A stretch of 64,000 bases of DNA from Perna viridis. Taxonomy: Eukaryota. The notes beneath the pieces are model-generated. The model made no database searches, was not told the DNA's origin, and was given only the letters and a program-made list of their open reading frames with translations. The DNA is taken from assembly GCA_037379345.1 (NCBI GenBank), contig CM074511.1:49978862-50042861 (forward strand), in the 5' to 3' direction. Shown piece by piece: positions 40,541 to 54,700 of the stretch (its first letter is position 1; every line of letters starts with the position of its first letter). Position numbers and translations under genes: made by a program.

Positions 40541-41089
40541 ATGTTTGCGATGTATATGTACATCACTTGCATTGCGTCAATGTTAGAAGTGTGTCACTTG
40601 TTGTTCGTTGTCATGTTTAGGAGGAATATAGATAATACATATTTATTTCCTAGGAGGTGGAGCACAGGCCCATAAGACCAGAATTTTTTTATCACAAAAA
40701 ATATCACTAAATCATTTTGTTTCCATATTTGATTTATTATGCGTGTTCTCAGTCGTGTCCTCTAGTTATTTAATGTTGTTTATACTATGCCCAGTTTTTC
40801 TATCTCATTACAGCATTAAAAAGCAAGCGGATACGTCTGAGAACACACATAATTACTCAAAAATGGAAACAAAACGATTAAATATTTTTTTTAATAAAAA
40901 AAATAATTCTGGTCCCAAGGGCCTGTGAGGTGGAGGCCTGAGTATTTATTTTCATCTTTTTCGTGGCCAGACTATTTATTAAAAAATACTTTTGTGATAT
41001 ATAAGTATACATACTGTAACTATTTTAAGATGTCTCGATATTTCAGTTTTCATACATGTTTTCTGTGTGCCATTGTGAGTGGATCATGT

Positions 41090-43645
41090 CTTTATTACCT
41101 GCGTCGCCAAAAGCGGAAGCAAGTCTAGGAGTTAGGCCATACCGTCCGCCTGTCCGTCCGTAACACAATAAGATATCAGGTTGCCATCGCAACTCCTCTG
41201 AAACTACTGAACAGAAATTCCTGAAACTTGGTATGTACATGTAGTAGAGCATTGTATCACAGGGACTTTTATGTCACAGATTGGATCCATTAAATGGACA
41301 CAGATTGTACTAAAATGTTGTTTTAATGTAATAACCTTTTACATTTTATCATCCATGGCCATACGCTAAAAAAACTCGTAAACTATAGATGACTATTGTA
41401 AACAATCAAAACTGTGATTGTGTGAAAGCTGTATACTGTTGGAATCAGGACAAATAATAAGTTCTGAATATTTGTCAGAAATGGTACTTCTAATTCTTTA
41501 TAATCCATTAAACTTTCCAAAAACCCGTAAAAACGTCAAAATTCCGCATGTCAGGTGCAACACAGTGTAGGTTCAAAAAAGCTTAAGTAGTGAATTGCGC
41601 TATTGCAGAGGGTACGAAATTCGCCAAACTTTGCATGGAAGAATAATATCATATGTTCCTTTTGAGATAATTATCGAAATTGCGTTAATTTTAGGCAAAA
41701 AAATATTCAATGCAAAAATGAAAGTGTTGGTAAATGGTCAGATTTCTAAAAGTGTTCAGTAATCAAATTCTGTTATTAATGTAAGAACTTATTTACACAA
41801 TATTCTTTTCCGATTAATATTTCCTAAAAATGTACATACTTTCAGCAATTCTACGTCGACATTTGATAATATTTTCATTACAAATAAATTTTTTTGAAAA
41901 TGTCTAGGGAAATGTCAGATGTCAATATTTTCCGGGTTCGTTGAGAACATGTCATGCTCCAACGCAATTCTACAATCAATTGGCAATTTATTCTATAAAA
42001 TAATAATGCTTTGTAATTGTACATATACTTAGGAATACATATATTTCATTTTTATGGTTTAAACCGTTTAAAACGGATAAAATTCGAATAAAACAAATGT
42101 CTAGCGATTTGTCGAACTTTCACTTTTTGAACGTTTGGAGCGTTTTTCGTCGATCGGCAAATGGAACTAGACACTTATACTTGTCTCGCAATCACAAGTA
42201 TACAACATATGCAACTGAAAAAAATCGAAATCAAAGGGATATAAAAAGACTAAGAGTATCTGCATTTTGTGTTATTAACAAACGAAAGAATAAACCAAAA
42301 TAGAACAGAATAAATTCTTATAGTTTATAGGACTTCGACCGGAGTAGAATGACTGAAACGCAAAATAGTGTTGACAGAACTTTAAAAATGTATAGAAAAG
42401 CAGAATGCTAAAAGATAAAATGAATGCAGAAAAGGGAGTCATAAACATTTTTTTATTTTGGAAAACGCAAATGAGCAAATGAAAAGAAAATCGATCAACT
42501 ATCTAATGGGTGTTGATGAAAGCCCGATTTTCAGATGGATAGAAAGCTCTTTCAATCGAAATACTAAGTTGTGAAAGGTCCAAATTCTTCTATTGGTACT
42601 TGTAATATAAAATCATAAATTATATCAAAATGCACATTTTAACTTATCGCAGGAGAAAGTTATGTTCCCTCTCTAGACAGACATAGTGTGCATATATGTG
42701 GCGGTTGCATTCCACGCATTTGCAAATTTAATTTACCGGTAGTACTGATAATCAAATTAATTAATCTTTTCGTTTTTTTAAGACAATGTTCAAGATGTTT
42801 TAATTGCTATCAATAAAAAAATATTGTATATTTTGCTTTACCATACACGCGTTTCAATAAACAAACAAGCAAGAAACGAAGTGTCGACAAACGTCGAATT
42901 CTGATGTTACCGAATATGCCGCAATAACGTGTGTAACGTCATGGCGTATATTTCAGAGACAATAACTCACCTTGTGCATATTATCAGGAAATTCTGATTC
43001 TCCAATTCTTTTGGGAGTTATTCCCTTTTGAACTCAGAAATTTACCGTAAATTGTCATCACAACTCCTCTAAAACTATCCGACAGAATTTCATGAAACTT
43101 GGTGTGTTGCAAGAATACCAAATGTAGGGCATATGATCAGGAAATTTTGATTCTCCAGTTCTTATGGGTGTTATGCCCTTTTGAACTCAGAAATTTACCA
43201 TAAATCATCAGATATCAGTTGTCATCACAACTCCTCTAAAGCTACCACACAGAATTTTATAAAACTTGGTACATAGGAAGAATTAACACCATGTGTAGTT
43301 GTGTACATTATCAGGGAATTTGGATTCTCTATTTTTTATGGGAACTGTGTTCCGTATATCCGTCCCAAATACTTTATTCGTCGCATTTCCTCAGCACCTG
43401 GTCCATGCTCCCAGTTTTTAGTGGAGTCCCAGTTGCTCATTTACTTTTGTTACTTTGTATGTATGATTTTAGTTACTTTATGTTCTTTGTTGTGTATGTC
43501 TGTTTTCCATGTCTGGTCTTTGTCCCTGGATTACATTCTTTTGATTACCGCTATAACCTTGTTTACCTTGATTAGTCTTTCTCAGCAACTATAAATTACT
43601 GCTGCAGTGCGACGCAGGTCCAGACTTCGATTGGTCTAGCCTGGT
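41090..43645 (+). mobile_element. HINE-type element with nested insertions (unclassified about 41260-42720; Penelope 3' piece about 43385-43575)
   Basis: ACCTGCGTCGC sub-terminal motif, GTCC microsatellite, internal tandem repeats of roughly 140-150 nt, terminal inverted GCGACGCAGGT plus hairpin. A relative lies on - at 52195-52790. Confidence 0.65.
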
Positions 43646-44192
43646 TTTATTTTGTTCAGAACATACTGGTTCAACCGACTGATAGTAGACAGGTTTCAGG
43701 TTTTATTATTTATTTGTTAAAAATACTAAAATTAATGAGAAGGGGAACTGAATGATTGTCACAAATTTTATAATGCCTGCATGAGTACACTAAAAACCAA
43801 CAATATACACTACAGCTGTAACAAAACAATCCCATTAAAATATAAAGCAATATTAAAAAGACAAATAATGAAAATAACTGCAAAAAAATATAACATGGCA
43901 CATTTAAATAATCTAGTAGACAAACTGTCTCTGATTGTCTATCCTGTATATGTCTTTGTATCTTGTACTTCATGAAAGGATCGAAGAACAACTGCTCAAC
44001 AGAATAGAGTTAATGGCCTTTCTCAGTTATAACCTAGCGGACGCTGATACAATGTTTGCAAGCACACCAACTGATAAGAAAAGAGAGATATATGCCATTG
44101 TTTGCATATGATAATGTCAGCATCTATAACAGAAGAATAGTTTCATTGTTGTATTGAATAGTTGCAACCGTATACAAGTGATATGTCCAGGA

Positions 44193-47100
44193 TTAGTTGA
44201 GGACATCAGTAATTTTGAGTATCCATACCCACTGACATGGAAGTTTGTTCCAGGGTATTACAGGAAATGTCACATTAACTCCTTGTCCCCCTGGACCAGC
44301 AATCCAATCAAAATAATCTGGGTAGCCAAGCATACTGACGGTTGTTGATTGTGATGGAATAGGGGATCCAAGTAGGAGAAAATTATCTTCTGGCCAAGCT
44401 AGGACGAATGCATAGGCAACCTGTCCTTCCCTCGCCGTAGTCCGAGAAGTATACCTAAAAAAACACAAAGGAAACTACACAACTTTAAAGCATATATGTC
44501 AATATGTTAACTAAGTAAGATATTCACAATCAAGTTTTACTTTTTTGCCAGACACAGTCGAAATAATTTCACTTTCTACCCTTGGAAGACGCTCTTTTAT
44601 TCTGTTTCTTCGGAATTCTATTTCTTAATTGGCCCTGTCCAGAACTGATAACTTAAAAAAAAATTTCGAAAATTGAAATTGCGTCACATGTGCTATCAAT
44701 TTTAATGAAATGAAGACAATTAAAATAAAAATAAATATAGTCGACGCAGTGAAATTCTTTTCTTTACTTATAATTTTCTACTTTTCATTCAGGAAATAAC
44801 ACATGGGCACGCAATTTTAATTTTCAATACAGTTTTTTCGAATGCGACTAAGTTATTAGTATTTTGCCAATCGGGAACAGAATTATGATCAGGTGACTTG
44901 CGTTTCCATGGAAGGGCGTCTTTAAAGTCTATACCGACTGCGTCAGAAAAAGATCAAATTAAATTTTACTGCGTCAACTATCCTTTTCTTTCCAATTTCC
45001 CCTAATCTTTGCCTAACTGACCATCAATGTATATGACATCCATAGCTGAACTTTAAAAAATACTTATGTTAAATTCATTAGATCATACCAGACATTTTTA
45101 GCCAGAGTATCATTTTGATGACTCCAGGGCACGGTACTGTAAACACCCTCCCCATTAACATGTAACCAGCTACCAAACTGTCGGAGTCGCTCTTCAAATA
45201 TCGGAGTTATCCTTCCATCTTTTGTTGGGCCAACGTTTAAGGCCATGTTTCCTCCACAACTTGAATGGAAAAGTAACATGGTATAATCCAAAAGAAAATT
45301 TAGTGTAAAAATTATTGATTCGTTTGATCAAAAAGTCAAAACAAAAATCAATTTATAAGGATTAAAGATTTTAAATATCCTTAATTTGCTAGATAAACGG
45401 GTAGCAGAAAATACATGTAGACATTAGAAACAGGCCTCGCTTTGAATGTTAATGTTGTGACATCGCTGTCTATTCACATACCTATGTGCCAGTAAGAAAG
45501 AATTACCTGATAACTGAAGCAAAATGTGAGATGATTTCATGGATACTAAGGAAATCTGACAAATGGTTGTTTCTCCTATATCCCCAAGTATTCCTATCAA
45601 TCGTTAATCCTCCTTCCCATTTACGTTTCTGAAGTACGCCTTCAAAAAATTATTATAATTATAGAAAGTGGAAACGAGTGTGTTGAAGAGACAACCACCC
45701 TACCTAACATTATATAATTTTTTTCAAAGAAATATGCATCTGGGTAAATACTGTAGCTTTAGCTAATTCAAAAGCATGTATTTTCTTAATTGTTGAAAGG
45801 CCTTACCTATATTATAGGGTGATAACAAGAAGACAAAGGTTTTGAAAAATAGCTTGAACACGTGTGTTAAATTTTTTATCTGCAGTCACTCCCTATACCT
45901 GGGTTAAATCTGTCGGTACATGTTAGGTAGCCTCCATGTTTACACAGGCATTCCCTCCCACACCATCTGTCGTTCACAACTATTGTGTCTTTAACTGGAC
46001 TGGAACATATATAGTAAGTGATTCTGGTTAGTATAACTATACTATAAAGTCGCCAAGATGTATTATTGCTTTCTTTTCTTTTTTGAATCATGAAAACAGC
46101 TTAATTCCCTCGATCGAGAGGAATAACGAAATTTTTAATTGAATAAATATTCATTTTTAGATAAAGGTCACTATTTCTATTGGTGAAACTTTGTAAACCA
46201 TGTACCATACTTGTCATTGTAAAACTGAGCCAGAAACTTAGACAATGCACCATACCTGTCATTGTAAAGCCAGGCCAGAAACTCTGTGGAATTGAAGTAG
46301 TTAACGTCTCCGTTAAATTCACATATATCCGACCATAAAAGTTCTGGTTTATAATTATTTATCAGCTCGTGCAATGCCGGAGTAATTTTGTACTAAAAAA
46401 AACGATTAAAAACAGTGGTTGGTAAAAGTCAATTGATGCAAAATATATCAAGAAACACTGCGCGGAAATCCAAGGGAGTTTGAATACAATGTATAAGGTC
46501 CGGACCCATTTAAAACAACTATTTTCCATGCACTTCATGCGCCAAGTATAGTTTTCAAGTAACTCTTGCTATTGTTATGTGATATATGCATTAGTTAAAG
46601 AACATGTGGAATCATAATTACAATAATTTAGTGACGACTTATGGAAAAATGAAAGAACCTCTTAGAAATAAGAGAATCCTCGATTTATCACACACGAAAC
46701 AAGAAACAAGATACCTACTTTGACATAATCATTCGTAGTAAAGTTATTTCTTTTATCATTGAGATATAATGGGTTATACCACTCATGCAAACAATGATAA
46801 AGACCGACTTTAACCGAACTCTTCTTCCTCAAGGCTGCTGCAAATTCTCCTATTTAAAAAAAAGTACAATACAATATAGGCAACATTTCTCAATAGCGTG
46901 CGTACATGGCGTTGGTAAACTCAGTCTAACTAAAATTGAAGACTTGTTCGCTTAACTTTAAAAATTATCACTAACTCATGACTTTATAAAATCTCAGAGA
47001 ATCCATTGATCAAGACCGCAACCAACGCAGTTTGATTTTGTTCTGCTGATTTTCTTTTATCTTAACGGGCGCTTTTGGGAGTTTGATTTTACTGAGATAA

Positions 47101-48422
47101 TCAATCGATAACCATTAGAGTTATCGATGTTCAGTTTGATCGATAAGTTATGTCATGTGGGGAGTAACATATGACAGTGATTAAAGATGTGTTTTTAATA
47201 AGAAAGTGTTTTACTATAAATAAATTATACATTTTCCAGCATCTGTTCAGGTAAAACGATTCAGTGAAAAGAAAGCGTTATTTATTTTATTGAAACTTAT
47301 TTCATGCCAATAAGAAAAATATATCAGACCATCAATATGAAATTAATTTTGTTTTTGAAAGCCGATGCAATGAATATTAATGCAAAGGAGGCAAATGATT
47401 TCAGAGACATAAAATCTCCGTGAATCAATTCACTGATATACATACCGACAAGATCCCTACCAGGACCCGTGGCATTGGAGTTCCAATTAAAAGCAGTCAT
47501 TGATGGCCACATTGTATATCCATCGCAGTGTTTTGTTACAAATATGGTATATCTAGAAAGCATAGTGATACTATCTTGAGAGGCATAAGTTATAGGTTAC
47601 ACTAATAGAGGTTAGTAAATATATAATAAAGTTTAAAAAAAGGCTGCAGATGTTCATCCCATCTGGGCACCTAGTCCGAAGTCAGTCATTAAAGCAATAA
47701 AGCTATGCTCCTTCACTTTTAATTTCCGTGCGTTAATTTTCGGTTGTGTTCTGTATAAGCACATGGTGACAGTTACTTGATAAATGAGCATCACTGTTAT
47801 TCAACGTGTGACAGACTGTGGCCTTCGTGGTGGAAGTCGTAAATGTGTAAAAACACAGTCATAATTGATTTATAACATAGCTTTTAAAAAATACACATTT
47901 AAAAAAATAGTATATGGGCTGTGATGCATGACGCGTCTGACTATTTACTATTTATAACACACATTGATTTATTTTAAAAGAGTAAACAATGAATAAATTT
48001 GATCCATTAATGTACATATTATTATTCATAAATTCTAAATGAGTAAACAAAAGCAGCACATATATTTTCAGTTACCTTGCACCAGAGGCCTGAAATATTT
48101 CTGCCCATTCTTCTGGATTAAACAACTCAGCAGTGAACTCTGATGCAAAATCAGGATAGGTGTAATCTGGTCTGTACATATCCTTCATGTATTTGACAAC
48201 TTCGGGTGTTTTCCAGTGGCGCCAGTTATACCAAAACCATTCATTGTCTACTGCTGGCACTGACCAAAGACCCCATGTTATGAAGATTCCAAATTTACTT
48301 TCATCGTACCAGGATGGTAATGGTCTTGAGTCTAATGAGTTCCAATTAGGTTGATATCTGATTCCAGTGGTTAAAGATCTAGATGTGACAACAATAATGC
48401 ATAGGAATAATTTTCCCATCAT
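44193..48422 (-). CDS. FUCA: Alpha-L-fucosidase-like (GH29), paralogue 3, 462 aa, most divergent pocket
   Basis: Exons 48422-48076, 47552-47446, 46849-46719, 46392-46256, 45999-45899, 45639-45507, 45259-45089, 44454-44193; 1389 nt open. Motifs [43 protein letters not shown]. Confidence 0.94.
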
Positions 48423-48454
48423 TTTCAGTATCAGAGGAAGTACGGTTTTGTCAT

Positions 48455-48484
48455 GTCATGTGATTCGACAAAACTGTCATGTGA
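48455..48484. promoter_or_regulatory. Paired M-box E-boxes upstream of fucosidase 3
   Basis: GTCATGTGA at 48455-48463 and 48476-48484. Confidence 0.6.
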
Positions 48485-51048
48485 TGTACACAAACTCAAG
48501 TTTTACTTTTGCAATGTTAAGCGCTGATCAATTTTAAGTGGTAGATTTTTGTTGCGTAAAATAATAGTCAGACAGCATTGAGTTGAACTTCAGATTCCTT
48601 GAAAAATATTTTGTAAAGCTAATAATAAGACTATAACTTCCAGTAACTGAACATTTTAATAGATTTCTTCTCTGAACTCTTCTATTAGAAAAATAACAAA
48701 CCAACTGCCATTGTGCTTACTACAAGATTTAATAAGACATTGACATTCTATTTAAATTCAGTTTTAAAATTAACAGCATTGCGGGCACATCTAACGTATG
48801 GGCAATGGTGTAATCAACTTTGTATCTGCCTGATTCGTGCTTTTGACAGTTGAAGGTCCCCCTTATCTAGTTCTGGTGGTACGCCTATTCAGTTTTAAAC
48901 ATCATACAGTTCTTAAACCTTTTTGTTTGTTTCCATTTATTATAGGCCTCAAACAAAATTTTGGGGTATGTAGGATCACCCTGTCTGTCTGTCGACGGTC
49001 CTTGTAAACACTTCCCTTAGACCGCCCGGGGGACTTTGATGAAATTTTATACTAAGGTTCATCATTGTATGTAGATTTGAATGAAGGGTAATGATTACTG
49101 TAAGAGAACTCCAAAGGGAGATAATACAATCTAAGGGTTTAAAAATTACGGGTTTTACACGTAAAACCTCATAAGCGTACGTAACTCCCCCTAACCCACT
49201 CATGGGATTTTGATGAAATTTAAAAGGTTATGCATCACATGTAGATGTACATTACTGTTAGAGGGCTCCAAAGGGAGATAACCATAGGAAGTGGTGTGTT
49301 CCCTTAGTGACCTTGTTCACAACTCCTCTTGTTTATTTCGAGGCTCTTGTGCTTTGAAAAGTTACTTTTAATAACAGAGATGTAATTAACATTAAAAGTT
49401 TTACTAGGCAGCTAGTTTTCATTGCTTACTTGTATCATTCAGTAGGATGATTTAAAGGATGATTGAGTAAGGGCACTTTATGCTACATGATATCTTTTTT
49501 CAGGCTAAAAATATATCAGTCTAAGATATAACTACAATGCAGCCTGAAAAGTAATCCCAAGTAGAGTGGGACTAGCACAAAAATAATTTTGCAGGCCTTA
49601 TTAACTATCTTCTTGTAGGTTGAATGTTATATTATAATTAACTATCCTCTTGTAGGTTGAATGTTATATTGTAAATAGTGATAAATTAGTGTCCAAGCGT
49701 GTTGATGAAAATAATTGTCTGCATTATAACAACACTTTAAATTTTCTAATAAAACACCAACAAAACTTTAACCGTACAACATTTTTATTGTAACTATTTC
49801 CCAAAAGTTTTACATATAAAAACGTGCATATCAAAATATAAAGTATCAATCACAGATCAGCTGATTGGACGATTTTTCACTAATTAATTGCAAATAAATT
49901 AACAATTAACATAAACACCATTCTGTGTACATCTCTTAAGAATGTTGCAAATTTAAAATGAAATTTCTTTATCATGGAAACAATGTACCAGTCATTTTTT
50001 TATCTTGCATACCTCTTAACATTTTGAATGCTCAAAGGGGGAGATCTCCCTCTTTTTAGGTTTTCTACTAGGGAGATTTAGCATGACGACTTTTTGCAGA
50101 AAAAAGAATGATTTTGCAAGTCCAAGTACAAAGATAAGACGAAGATATAATGGCCATGATAATCTTGTTAAATTTCTTAGGGTTTCTAATCTATATTTGA
50201 GTAATGAGTTACATGTACAACAAAAGAATTAATTATTTGTAGATTGTTTCTCAATGATTATTATGGTACATAAACATTGTATTTATGTTAATTCAATAGG
50301 AACATAATTTGTGCAATAATTCTGCTAAGAGGGAGATTTTTGTCTCCAACATGGGAGACTCTCTCAGAGAAAGATTGGCCCAAAGAGAGAAATTCTCCCT
50401 CCTAAAGAGGGAGATGTAACAGGTATGGTCTTAATCTTATAAAAAAACAAGGATCAAGATACAGTATGTGGTCAATTCTAAGTATAACTTTACTCAAACA
50501 TAATTTGTACAAAACAGTAAAACAATACATTATATTAGAACAACACTGACACACATATAGCAAAAAAATATACATGTATTGGAATCAATTTAAAAATGAT
50601 TTCATAAAAAAAATAAAGAGTATCTGGCCATTCTGATTCAAAACAGTTAATGACATAATGTCTTTATGTTAACAACCACTCAAAATCTGTCACAACAATA
50701 TAAAAGACACATCTAGATATACTAAGACAAAGGTATACCTAATAAACCCTGCTAATAAACACAATATCCACTGCCAAATGATTATGTTATCATAAATACT
50801 GTCACAATCATCATAGACAAAGACAAAAAAGGATACATCCATGAATCTACTGAGGTTACATATAATAACATTGGAATTTAAACATAGCAACAAAAATGTT
50901 TGGCAAGGGCCCTGTCAGGCCAGCTGCTCTCGATATTCCTCCTAAAATATTTCCTTTACATTGAAAGTAAACTTTTACCTGCATAAATATAAATACTTAT
51001 GTAAAGCAAATATCCTCTTCAAATGAATTTGTTCTTGTTCATCTTAAA

Positions 51049-51484
51049 GGCTACAGACCACTAACATCACTTTCCAAAGACTCCAATTTTTATTTCATTA
51101 AGTTCAATAAGTTAATGAGCTTGTACCTGAAGTTTTAGCCTGGGGGAGAACATATATCACCGAAATGCTGCTTGCATACACTTATAGCTAGGAAATTTTT
51201 ATTAATAGTTTGCAAGTGCAAACACCAGTTACAAAAATTAAATAAGCTAAACGTTGAACAGGAATTCCCCCCATCATACAGAACTCATAAAACATAAATT
51301 CATAGTTAAAGTGACCATTTTATATAAAAAAAAGAATATGATTCTTTGCAAAAAAGAGGCTCATTTTTGTAGATTTGATGTGCACTTTTTCCTCATTGAC
51401 ATATCACATGAACAATAAAATTTGTGTAGGACTATTTTTGCATAATTCTAAAATCCCATTGGTTGAATTAATGGTGTGTAACCT
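51049..51484. mobile_element. Diverged member of the TTAA-type MITE family
   Basis: Termini GGCTACAGACCACTAA... and ...ATTGGTTGAATTAATGGTGTGTAACC resemble 58635-59101. Confidence 0.6.
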
Positions 51485-51703
51485 AAGCTCTGATCAAAGC
51501 CAGAAAAAGTCAATTCAATTGAACCATGTGACTAATATATATTGAACATTTTTCAGGGTGTTAATACCTTGACTACCGTACTACATGGTCCCATCCAGAA
51601 AGTAAAAACACTACCCTATAACAGAAATCATCTTTTCAGTCTGGATTTCATTATTGTACCAAGTCATATGGAATTCTTCTTGTGTAATACTTTCACTGTC
51701 TCA

Positions 51704-54700
51704 TCAAAATTTTAGACCCGTAAGCTTCAGTGCCCAGGCCCAATCACAAGGCATGGTCTGAAAGTTCAGCTCTGGTAACTGTACATTAATGCCCTTATTA
51801 TCAGGTGCAGGAGTCCATGAAATCTTGCCAGAGTAGCCCTGCATTGTAACAGTGGTACCAAATGAACTGATGGGTGCTCCTAATTTCAGCAAGTTGTTAT
51901 CTGGCCATTCTAACAAAATGGCATACACATCATATTCTGTAGAACCCTTCTTCATCGTATACCTATAAAAAAAAATGACATCATTTTCAATCAATGATTA
52001 TTAAACTTACATATTCCATATGTTAGTACCAGTATTATACAATTTTTTTTTCATGTAATGTGAACTTAAAAAAAACAAATAAATGTTATTATTGTCTCCC
52101 TTGTATCTGAAACAGAGGTTCACCAACAATTTTATTAAATTTCACTAACAGGCAGTTATTGGAGGGTACTAAGCTTATCCGTAACATTGAGAAAAAACAA
52201 GCTAGTCCAATCGATGTCTGGACCTGTGTCACACTGCAGCTGTGATTCATAGTTGCTAAGGAAAATTAGAGAATCATAATTTCCAGATAATATGCCCAAC
52301 TATATATGGTGTTCTTGCTACATATCAAGTTTTATAAATTTTGTTTGGTAGATTTAGAGGAGTTGAAATGACAAGCTGTTTCATGATGATTTAAGTTTAA
52401 TATCTAGGTTCAAAGGACAATAACTCCCATAAAATTAGAGAATCAACATTTTCTGAAAACATGCACAACTACATATAGTGTTCTTGAATACTAAATACCA
52501 AGTTTCATGAAATTCTGGTGAGCAGTTTAATAGGAGTTGTGATGACAAGCAGATACATGATGATTTATGGTAAATTTCTATGTTCAAAGCCCCATAACTC
52601 CCATACAAATTAGAAAATTAAAATTTCCTGATAATGTGCACAACTACATATGACGTGTTTTGCTACATCCTAAGTTTAAGGAATTTCTGTAGAGTAGTTT
52701 CAGAGGAGTTGCAATGACAAATGAACAGACAGATGGACAGAGTGACCCAACTCAATGACCTGCTACCACCTTTGGTGACACAAGTACAAAGTGTTTGAAG
52801 GGAATCCACTATTTCTAGGATTTAAAATAATGAACCTCTCTCTGCTTTTCCATTATGGTTCTCTCTTGCCTCTTTTACTTTAAATTTTGAAGCCCTGATA
52901 CTACCAGGTAGATACATGTATCTACTATTATACATGTTTGAATTAAACCACTAACCTTCAGTCCCATGTAGTAAATAATTCTAGACAACTTAAGGAGGTA
53001 GACCTAAGGTAAGGGACACAACTCTTAAAAATCATTGGAACATTTGTATTCAGCATTTTACATCAATCTCATGTAAGCATCAAAGTAACTTAGATTGATT
53101 TCATTCTGTGTCAAATAACAGTTGATAGGCTTTGGTGAAATTGAATATGATACAAACATATCACTGACTTCATGAGTTATGTCCCTTACCCTAGGTCTAC
53201 CTCCTCAATGTACATGTAAACCAAGAAGTCTTTTTTTATTAAATATTGTCAGTCACACTCCATATGCCTAAACCAACATTTTAAATTTAAAACTATTTTA
53301 CTTCAATATTATCTCTAGTCTATGCAAAATTATACATGTACACAACAAACATGAAGAAAACAACTCCAAAATCCAATATATGGATTAAATCTTACTTCGG
53401 GTAATTAACTCACCACACATTTTTAGCCACTGTGTCATTCTGATGAACCCAAGGTTTGGTAGCATATATAGCCTCACCATTGACATTAAGCCAGCTACCT
53501 AGTTGACGTAGTCTCTCTTCATTGATAGGACTAATCTTACCATACTTTGTTGGTCCAACATTAATCAACATATTACCACCACAACTACAATATGAAATGG
53601 TGAATATCAAGTCAAAGGTGTATGTTTTGTAGTTAGTCTTCTTCTATATAGCTGATGTCAAAATCAGTTAAATTTCAACATTTTAATGTAAATAACACAA
53701 TCTGATTATTGTTATCAATCAAAATGCAATTAAGATCCACTTTTAGTGCTTTTGTTTTAGCATTTCATAATTTCTTTTATTTAGAATGTATTATGCAGTT
53801 TTAAAATTATTTCAAATGAAGGCTGTTTCAGGAATAGTTGTATGGGAGGATTGGAAGACACTTTATATAATTTTATGATAATAGTGACAGTTAAAATTTT
53901 ATCTGGGAAATGAAAGTTAAGTCGAAATAAAACTGCTCCTGAAATTGCTCTAACATTTACTTTTCACTTTTCAAAAGTAAAAGATAACCAAGTATATGAA
54001 AATAGCATTTATTAATATTTATATAAAAGAACCTGATGACAAACTAAGGCTGTACCTGATTCTGAATAAGTGAAAGAGGTAAATTCACTGACACTAGTTT
54101 CAGGCCTACCTTTTTTGCCAAAGTTTCAACTTACTATTTGAAATTTTCTATTTGCCTATTTTAAAGCTAAAATTCTATCTGAATACTTATATACAGAAAA
54201 TACAAGCTGTTGTGTCATAATTTAGTCATAAGGATGGCACAAAACTCTGTTTCTACACAGTTTTCAAAGAATTTTCACAAAAATGAGAAGGGGTAGTTTT
54301 TTTTTTTATCAAAAACTATAAAGCGTAAGCTGTGATCAACAAAATCTGTTGTAAGGAGGGTATTTTTGTATTAATATTAAAGAGTTCGACAAACGCACTC
54401 TATATTTTCTACATAAAAATGTCTAATGAAATATTATGAAAGTACTATTATTCGTGGGGTACCAATTTTCGAGGTTTTTGTGGTCAAGCCAAACCATGAA
54501 ATTTGATTCCCAACGAAAAGGAGATACCCATTGATGTGTATACTGAAAACCTTAAAACCATGAATTCAAGAATCTACAAACACATGTATTCTTCCTAATC
54601 CACGATAATTGGTATCCACGAATTAAAGTACTTTCACAGTAAGGTATTTTAGCACAATTCGGCTAAATTTTCTAATTTTCCTTTATTTTCATCTACAATT

